Part shown: piece after piece, positions 57,514-64,000 of the stretch | Layout of the letters: every line of letters starts with the position of its first letter | How positions within the stretch are numbered: the stretch's first letter is position 1 | Source: Patescibacteria group bacterium | Lineage (GTDB): Bacteria; Patescibacteriota; Minisyncoccia; 2-02-FULL-40-12; GWA2-44-9 | Direction of reading: 5' to 3' | Assembly: GCA_038061995.1 (NCBI GenBank) | Contig: JBBTYA010000002.1 | Location: 83,282-147,281 of the forward strand | Length of the DNA: 64,000 nt | Notes under the pieces: model-generated | What the model was told of the DNA's origin: nothing | Seen by the model: only the letters and a program-made list of their open reading frames with translations | Database searches by the model: none | Program-made: the position numbers and the translations under genes

Positions 57514-58152
57514 TTATTCAGCAGCAGGCGTTTCGCTTACTGCAGGTGCTTCTGCCGGTGTTTCTGCGGGAGCTTCCGCTGACACATCCGGAGCAGGAGC
57601 GGCTTCTTCAACAACTGGCGCTACCGGTTCCGCTACAGGCGCAGGTGCTGCTGCAGGTTGCTTGTCGGCAATCTGTTGCAAGACCATCGCAAGCGAACGG
57701 ATCGGATACTGGAGCATGCCCAAGAGACGCACTACCAACTCTTCGCGTGATGGCATGGTTGCCATTTCTGCGAGTAGCTCTGGGGTGATGTAGCCATCGC
57801 CCCATGCGCTGTAGAGCTTGAGTGCTTCGTGCTCTTTGGCAAACTTGTAGACTTCGCGAGCGGCGGCGTATTGGTCGCCTTCTGCAAGTGCGATTCCAAC
57901 GGAACCATTCATGCTAAAGACATCAACGCCATCGTAGTTTAGGTCGCGGGATGCGATATCAACCAAGCTCTTCTTCGCAATCAGGAACTCTGCCCCGATC
58001 TTACGAAGCGCTCGCTTGAGCTGCTGCATCTCGGCAACCGACAACCCCTTTTCTCCATCACGTGCAAACGTGGTGAAGATACGAATGGTTGCTTTCGGGA
58101 GCTTCTCTTTTAACAGAGAGAGCTCACTTGCCTTCTGTGTTCGTGTTTTCAT
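57514..58152 (-). CDS. rplJ: 50S ribosomal protein L10 with Ala/Pro/Glu tail
   Basis: GLSVAEM..LKR.LR, AKKSL, ATMPSREEL; directly upstream of rplL. Confidence 0.93.
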   Translation of the reverse strand: MKTRTQKASELSLLKEKLPKATIRIFTTFARDGEKGLSVAEMQQLKRALRKIGAEFLIAKKSLVDIASRDLNYDGVDVFSMNGSVGIALAEGDQYAAAREVYKFAKEHEALKLYSAWGDGYITPELLAEMATMPSREELVVRLLGMLQYPIRSLAMVLQQIADKQPAAAPAPVAEPVAPVVEEAAPAPDVSAEAPAETPAEAPAVSETPAAE

Positions 58153-58190
58153 AGTACAAACGACTCTATAATGCTACGCGCTTCGACCAA

Positions 58191-58273
58191 TAAAAAAGCC
58201 TGCGCGCAGCCGCAGACTCTCAGGGAGAGTATTTCCTCGGCGGGTCTTATGGACGCCCGCTGTCTACGGCTTA
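58191..58273 (-). promoter_or_regulatory. ribosomal protein L10 leader (autoregulatory RNA with attenuator)
   Basis: CCGTAGACAGCGGG..CCCGCCGAGG pattern followed by a hairpin and U-tract before rplJ. Confidence 0.8.
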
Positions 58274-58348
58274 CCCATTAGTATACAAAAAACCTGTGAA
58301 AATGCAAGGAACTACCGCCCCTTCTCATGTTGTTTAAGTATTCTCCCT

Positions 58349-58448
58349 ACCACGCGTCGAGCATCCTGCGAATGCTCGCGCTCCTACTCGCCCTCACCTT
58401 ATGTTATAGAGCAATCTTTACTGTTCGGGCTGCGAGAGGGTAGAACCG
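58349..58448. repeat. 100-bp dispersed structured repeat, copy 2
   Basis: 94/100 identical by eye to 424..523. Confidence 0.9.
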
Positions 58449-58477
58449 AATACATAAACAACATATCCGCAATATGA

Positions 58478-58585
58478 GCAAAACCCTAAACGATACGCGA
58501 AGCATTTCGGAGCACGACGGTGCGAGAACTAGATGCGCCGCTAGTAAGCGGCGACAGCGTGCTGAGTCTTCGATTAGGGTTTTGC
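58478..58585. repeat. 108-bp element with terminal inverted repeats
   Basis: GCAAAACCCTAA/TTAGGGTTTTGC; internal GCCGCT/AGCGGC hairpin. Confidence 0.65.
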
Positions 58586-58615
58586 AGAATATCTCACACT
58601 AAATAGCGTATGCCT

Positions 58616-59590
58616 TTAAATCCCCAAATACTTCGCCCGATTGCGCACATGCTCTGCGTAGGTTTCAGCAAAAATAACGTGGCTTCCACTGCGCGGCGAC
58701 AGATAATACAAATATTTTGAAGCCTTTGGGTGCTCTGCAGCCTTGATCGCCAGCGCGCCCGGGTTCGCAATCGGCCCCTCGGGCAAGCCCATGCGTGTAT
58801 ATGTGTTAAAAGGCGAATCTATGACCACTTCCCTGCCAACGGGTACATCGGTCACATCACAGATGTCGCGCATGCCCTGGGCCTTCCAGGAGCGCATGCA
58901 GGCCCCGTAGATGACGGTAGCGTCGAGCTGGAGGGGCATATTGCGCTTAATACGGTTTTGGATCACTCCAGCGATCAATTCAAGCTCTTCTTGCGTCTTT
59001 CCTTCTTTCTCAAGCATAGAGGCAATAATGAGAGTATCTTGCCGCGGGAACCCTGCCTTAGCGCGGAAATTCTCCTGCATCACGCGCCCCATCTCCGCAA
59101 CGGTAGTGCCGGGCAAGAAGCGATAAGTATCTGGAAAGAAGGTACCTTCATCTTGATACCACTCTTTTGCAAATGCACCGCGAGCGATAAACCCTACCGC
59201 CGCGAGCTGACGATCAATTTCCCACACGTTCATGCCTTCATAGATAAGAACACCAATATCTTCTGGCTCCGCCTTACCGCCAGCCATCTTCATCGCGATA
59301 TCCCAAATACTCTCCGTGCGTGGATTAATGATATATCGCCCCGCATGCAGATTCCCCGCTTCACCCAACGCACGCACCAGCAAAGAAAATGCAAGTGACG
59401 AACGCACAACGCCCGCACCCTTGAGTGTGCGAGCGATAGCATCAACCCCTTGTCCCTTTGTTACCGCCACCTCGCGAGCCGCACCCCCCACGGGCACCGC
59501 AAGAATATACACCAGAGCGAGGATAAGGACTCCGGAGATACTCCATGCAAGTGCGACGCGTTGGGAAATGCGGATGCGAGGAAATTCCAT
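58616..59590 (-). CDS. mltG: endolytic transglycosylase MltG
   Basis: EGTFFPDTY, IASMLEKE, LQLDATV, SPFNTY..GLPEGPIANPG. Confidence 0.94.
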   Translation of the reverse strand: MEFPRIRISQRVALAWSISGVLILALVYILAVPVGGAAREVAVTKGQGVDAIARTLKGAGVVRSSLAFSLLVRALGEAGNLHAGRYIINPRTESIWDIAMKMAGGKAEPEDIGVLIYEGMNVWEIDRQLAAVGFIARGAFAKEWYQDEGTFFPDTYRFLPGTTVAEMGRVMQENFRAKAGFPRQDTLIIASMLEKEGKTQEELELIAGVIQNRIKRNMPLQLDATVIYGACMRSWKAQGMRDICDVTDVPVGREVVIDSPFNTYTRMGLPEGPIANPGALAIKAAEHPKASKYLYYLSPRSGSHVIFAETYAEHVRNRAKYLGI

Positions 59591-61977
59591 TAGAGAGGCT
59601 TTTCTTCAAGCGCTTCGCCCGGCGTTACCGTAGCGAGCCCCTGTTCTAGCTGTGCCAGTTTATCTTGCACCACTTTATTGTCTTTGTTGGCCTCAAGAGA
59701 CAAGATACGTTTTACCTGCTCAATCGCTTCAGGAAGCTTCTTCTGCTCTTCAAGGATGAGCGCGAGATACCAGCGAGCATTGCTAAAGTCAGGAGACACT
59801 AACACTGCGCGCTCAAAGGCAGTGACCGCGTCAGCTTTGCGCTCATCGCGGTAGTAGAGCAAGCCAAGCTCAAAGAGCATGTTCGCGTTGCTCGCATTCG
59901 CAGGAATGATGCGCTCAAGCTCTCGAATTGCGTCCTTCACCTTCCCTTGGCGGTCATAGACTGCGCCGAGGTTGTAGATTGCCTGCCCAAAGTTTGGAGA
60001 CATCTCTACAGCTTTCTTAAAGAATTCTTCAGCCTTAATGAGCGAAGCTTCTGCTTCAGCGTTGAAGCGAGCTGCGTTTGCACCGCCACTCCGTGCAAGT
60101 TGGCGCGCCAGGTCTGCCTTTGCAAGATGCATCGTACCCAGCTGGTTATTAAACGTTGGGTCTCCCGGACGTAAGTCGGCCGTCTTCTTATATGCATCTT
60201 CTGCGAGTCCATCAGCGTTCTCTAATACCCCTAAGAGCTGTTGGTACGTGGTAGCAAGGGTAAACCAGTTGAGCGAATCGGAAGCATCGGCTTCGGTGGC
60301 TCGTCGCGCGGCACCAATAGCATTATTCACTGCTGTTTGGATGCGCGCCTGGCGCTCTGCATCCTGCGAACTTGCTGGAGCATTAATCTCACTACCAATC
60401 AGCGCAAGCTGGCGCTGAGCGATCCCTCGTAAGTAGCGGTCCGTATCAGGAGCCCATGCAAGTGCACGAGCCATCGCTTCGCTTGCGGCAGTGTTATCAG
60501 TAATACGCGATGCCTTTGCAAATTGCACATCACCGGTATATGCGGATGCGACGAAGTAGCCGCCGGTCAATACGCTAATGAGCACCGTAATAAAGCCAAG
60601 CGATGCTGCAAGCGACCACGCTGGACGCTCTTCAATGTGAATGAGCTCTTCGTGATCTGCCGCCGCCGCTAGCGCGACAAGAGCAAACACAAGGAACAGC
60701 ACGCCCATAAGCGTCCCCTCAAACGAGAATACGAAGAACCCTGCGAGCATTGCTAGCGCCATACTAAACACGGCACCATGCACGGATTCATCACTTTCTA
60801 CGCGCCGCGCCATGCGCACAAGCGCAAGACCAAGCATCCATACCATAGCGCCAAGCGCCAATATGCCCACAGCTCCCTGTTCTACTACCATGGTCATAGC
60901 TTCTGAAGTGCCTGAGAGGAAACGAATATCCCCAAGTGTCGTTTGCGCAAGGCGCTGTGCGCCAAAGCGATCAAACGCGAGGAGGAAGTTTTCTTGACCA
61001 AACCCTGAGATAAGATTCTTCCCAAATGTTTTGATCATCACATCCCATGAAAGTCCGAACGATGGCGCAACCTCTACCGGCAGCGCGCTACGTACCGCAG
61101 GAACCGAGAAGTTCACAATCATGAGAAACACGCCAAGCACCACGACCGTCATGGGCAAAAGAAAGTGCGCCATGCGGAATGAGCGCGTGCCCATGCGCAA
61201 GGAAGCAACACTATCCCAAATGATCAATCCCACCATGCCCGCAATCGTAGCAACCCAGAACACCCACCAGTTTAAGATCACAAGAATTGCCAAACTCACC
61301 ACGACGCCCAACAGCGCTACGTTGAGCTTTGCAAAGCGCGGCACGGGAAGTTTCAGTTTCGCAAAAAGCGGCAGTGCAAACGCCGCAAGCATACCGAGCG
61401 CATTCACGGAGCCAACGGTGTTGAATGCACGAGAACCAAACGCATCAACGCCAAGGATATATATTTCCAACAACTGCAAAAGCCCGATCACCAACGCCAG
61501 CAACGTGCCAAGACCTAGTGTTTTTGTCAGTGCACGCCCGCGATCATCAAACACATGCAGCGCAACACACGCAATAGCAGAAAGCGCGATAATACTCGTG
61601 AGCGAACCAGCAAAGGTGATCCCGTTTCCGAAGAGACTCTTCTCAGGAGATACGGAGAGCGCCGTTGCCAAAATCCCCGCACCAATAAACGCGGCGAGAA
61701 TAGTAAGCACTGGCGATACGCGCACGCGCAACGTTCCCGAAACAACAATACCGAGGAACCACGCAATGAGCGCAACGCTTGCCGCAACAACGAGAAACAC
61801 GAACTTATTCGCCTCCACTATGGAGCTTGTCACTGGCAACACAAACAGCGGAAGCAGGAACGCGAACACAAGCACCGCCCACTTCGCAATAGAACGATAG
61901 ATCCCCTCTTCTTGTCCACGCTCAGTGCGTGGCCCCGACGCAGTAAGAACTGCATCGGCTGTGCCGTACATATTCAT
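59590..61977 (-). CDS. polytopic membrane protein (O-antigen-ligase-like core) with C-terminal TPRs
   Basis: about 12 TMs, GFGQENF loop, TPR motifs such as PDFSNARWYLA. Confidence 0.8.
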   Translation of the reverse strand: MNMYGTADAVLTASGPRTERGQEEGIYRSIAKWAVLVFAFLLPLFVLPVTSSIVEANKFVFLVVAASVALIAWFLGIVVSGTLRVRVSPVLTILAAFIGAGILATALSVSPEKSLFGNGITFAGSLTSIIALSAIACVALHVFDDRGRALTKTLGLGTLLALVIGLLQLLEIYILGVDAFGSRAFNTVGSVNALGMLAAFALPLFAKLKLPVPRFAKLNVALLGVVVSLAILVILNWWVFWVATIAGMVGLIIWDSVASLRMGTRSFRMAHFLLPMTVVVLGVFLMIVNFSVPAVRSALPVEVAPSFGLSWDVMIKTFGKNLISGFGQENFLLAFDRFGAQRLAQTTLGDIRFLSGTSEAMTMVVEQGAVGILALGAMVWMLGLALVRMARRVESDESVHGAVFSMALAMLAGFFVFSFEGTLMGVLFLVFALVALAAAADHEELIHIEERPAWSLAASLGFITVLISVLTGGYFVASAYTGDVQFAKASRITDNTAASEAMARALAWAPDTDRYLRGIAQRQLALIGSEINAPASSQDAERQARIQTAVNNAIGAARRATEADASDSLNWFTLATTYQQLLGVLENADGLAEDAYKKTADLRPGDPTFNNQLGTMHLAKADLARQLARSGGANAARFNAEAEASLIKAEEFFKKAVEMSPNFGQAIYNLGAVYDRQGKVKDAIRELERIIPANASNANMLFELGLLYYRDERKADAVTAFERAVLVSPDFSNARWYLALILEEQKKLPEAIEQVKRILSLEANKDNKVVQDKLAQLEQGLATVTPGEALEEKPL

Positions 61978-62112
61978 GATAAACACACGATTGTGTGCCT
62001 CCGCACGGGTGCATTCGGTCCGTACGCAGACATGCAATACATGTGAGCTACCCCTATAGTATCAGGCTCTTTACTGCGGTATGCAACATTGACGTGGGGA
62101 TATTTCATCGTC

Positions 62113-63999
62113 TTATGGCAAAGGGGCTGTTTCAGGGATTGGCGCAGGTGTTGGGTCAACGGTAGGTGCTGGGGTAGGTGTCGTGGTTGGAAGAGGCGCC
62201 ACATCAGGGGTTGGCGAAGCTACCATGTCTGGCGTAGGCATGGCACTAGGTGCTGGGTCAACGGTAGGTGCTGGGGTAGGGTCAATTGCTGGCGCTGGCG
62301 TTGGCGATGCTACGGCATCAGGGGTAGGTGTTGGAGAAGCTACTACTGGCGCTGGGGTCGGGTCAACGGTAGGTGCTGGGGTAGGTGTCGCTGAAACTGT
62401 AGGGGCCGGGCTCACCACCGCGCTATCCCCCGCCTCCTCGCCAGCACGGCGGGCAACAACAAGCCAATCAAAGGTTCCGTTGCTATATTGGCCAAATTCC
62501 TGAACCGTGAAACCAAACTCGCTCTTTACAGGAACGGTCAGTGAACCAGCAATACCAGGGCCGGCAGTAAGGAACACGCGAATAGGTACATCCTTTGAGA
62601 TAAGCGCTGTAAACGAGTAGTCAAAGAAGATCTTCGCGCTCCCGCTATTCAAGTTCGACGTACCAGAGAGATAAATCTCGCCACGCGTGGAATCAATACC
62701 AAAGGTGGCAAGCTGTTCGCCCTGCTCTTCAAGCACTACCCTTGATTGCTCCGCGCCCTGTGAGGTTGCGTCACTGCGGAAGATCGTAGCGTTTGGATCA
62801 CTCGTTGTAGAATCGATGGCGATTTCGCGGCCGTTCCAGAATTGCGCCATCATGGAGACATCCACGTTCGGGAATAGATCGCGCGTGGCGAACCACGTCT
62901 TCTTCATGCCAGAAGCGATCACGTCGCCCGTGACACGCACGCTCTCAAACATTGCATTCAGTGTTTGAACCACTGGCGATGTACCGCCGCTAATCGCAAC
63001 ATCCGTCACACCTGAAGCCGGCGTAAACCACGTACGCTCAAGATATACTTGGATTTTCGTATAGGAGCCAGAAGAAACCGTCTCTAAATCTTCAAGCGCG
63101 ACGCCGACAGAGAAGCCTGGCTGTGTTTGTTTTGCTCCAACGCCAGCAACTGATGAAGCAACGATGTGATCACCCTTCTTGATGGGGCCATTCTCCGTAT
63201 TCACCTTGACTGGGAAGAATCCGTATACAACAACTGGCACATAGCTGTCATTCAGCTTCGCACCACTTGCGCCCATTTCTTGATTGAGCATGACACCGAG
63301 AATGTTTGGATCATGAGAAGTCGCTGACTTTCGTGCGATAAATGGCGCGCGCGCATCGCTATATGGGTTTGGCGTAGTGAGATCAAGAGAAAGGATATCT
63401 CCCGGCTCAGCAGTTCCATCAGTGGGCATATATTCTGCAGCGGAAGAACATGTGGCAAGGACAGCGCCGTTATAGCACACGTGAGCTGTTGTGGCGCTAG
63501 CCCACGCTCCAACAGAAATTCCGTTATCAGCCGTTACAGACCCGGTCGTCCGCATAGATCCGGTCACGTCAAGTTTATAGGAAGGAGTGCTATCACCGAT
63601 ACCCACGTTGCCACTGCTTGCAACAGTGAAGAATGCCTGCGATGCAGAACCAAGGATATCAAGGCGAGCAACACTACCAGAGGTTGCAGTGGTGCGGAGA
63701 GAAAACTCTGCGTCGTCCTCGGTGGTGGAGTGGAGATTGAGTAAGACGTTACCCGAAGTGGAGGCGAGAATATTGCCGGCTACATCAAGCTTCTGCTCTG
63801 GCGTCTTTGTACCAACGCCGAGGTTGCCACCATCTGTCATGACGAATCCAACCGTGCTGCCATCTGGCTTAAAGCTCAAATAGTCATCGTTCACGTTGTA
63901 GTCAATAATTGCCTCATCTCCAGACGTACCAATGTGGAGCGAGCCAGACGAGACATAGAGATCGCGCCAGCGGAGCGCCGAAGTGCCAAGGTCATACGT
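62113..63999 (-). CDS. large surface/fibre-like protein, 5' part outside the window
   Basis: frame open to the window edge (TYDLGTSALRWRDLY..); GNVGIG repeats; AEY..PGD..VKVNTENGPIKKGD domain; P/T tail. Confidence 0.8.
   Translation of the reverse strand, partial: TYDLGTSALRWRDLYVSSGSLHIGTSGDEAIIDYNVNDDYLSFKPDGSTVGFVMTDGGNLGVGTKTPEQKLDVAGNILASTSGNVLLNLHSTTEDDAEFSLRTTATSGSVARLDILGSASQAFFTVASSGNVGIGDSTPSYKLDVTGSMRTTGSVTADNGISVGAWASATTAHVCYNGAVLATCSSAAEYMPTDGTAEPGDILSLDLTTPNPYSDARAPFIARKSATSHDPNILGVMLNQEMGASGAKLNDSYVPVVVYGFFPVKVNTENGPIKKGDHIVASSVAGVGAKQTQPGFSVGVALEDLETVSSGSYTKIQVYLERTWFTPASGVTDVAISGGTSPVVQTLNAMFESVRVTGDVIASGMKKTWFATRDLFPNVDVSMMAQFWNGREIAIDSTTSDPNATIFRSDATSQGAEQSRVVLEEQGEQLATFGIDSTRGEIYLSGTSNLNSGSAKIFFDYSFTALISKDVPIRVFLTAGPGIAGSLTVPVKSEFGFTVQEFGQYSNGTFDWLVVARRAGEEAGDSAVVSPAPTVSATPTPAPTVDPTPAPVVASPTPTPDAVASPTPAPAIDPTPAPTVDPAPSAMPTPDMVASPTPDVAPLPTTTPTPAPTVDPTPAPIPETAPLP
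62153..62390 (-). repeat. intragenic repeats encoding PTPAPTVDP
   Basis: GGGTCAACGGTAGGTGCTGGGGTAGG at 62153, 62255 and 62360. Confidence 0.85.
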
Positions 64000-64000
64000 G

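Noticed and set aside
61031-61900. Long alternative-frame ORFs (61031..61900, also 8460..9113, 57110..57793, 58730..59398)
   Set aside because: They are antisense shadows of well-supported genes and have no motifs or initiation signals.
62153-62390. Three 26-bp direct repeats with spacers, superficially CRISPR-like
   Set aside because: They are in frame inside a CDS encoding PTPAPTVDP, the spacers are similar P/T codons, and no cas genes are present.

Overview
Chromosomal segment of a small-genome bacterium. It is most likely Patescibacteria/CPR (Parcubacteria-like), inferred from an RpoA lacking its alpha-CTD, the infA-rpmJ-rpsM-rpsK-rpsD-rpoA-rplQ-rplM-rpsI block detached from secY, a minimal dcw cluster, a degenerate PriA and CPR-type surface proteins. 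Housekeeping content includes ribosomal proteins, hrcA-grpE-dnaK/dnaJ with a perfect CIRCE, dnaB, recR, priA, def/fmt/efp, gltX, cysS, an mreB-glycosyltransferase-LCP cluster, mraZ-rsmH-ftsL-ftsI-murF, mltG and two tRNAs. The most unusual features are: (1) a ~275-bp GIY-YIG nuclease element that has split tRNA-Glu and rebuilt its 5' end, with the abandoned tRNA 5' fragment interrupted by two CCTG-footed palindromic micro-insertions; (2) about nine dispersed orphan-gene cassettes, each with its own promoter and terminator and nearly all with a strong Shine-Dalgarno, in a genome whose core genes look largely leaderless, plus one apparently empty cassette; (3) a stand-alone ~200-nt structured RNA unit; and (4) a 100-bp dispersed repeat whose two copies sit inside unrelated inverted repeats. 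No CRISPR array, rRNA, integrase or transposase was seen. Gene calls rest on motif recognition by eye, and no database searches were run.
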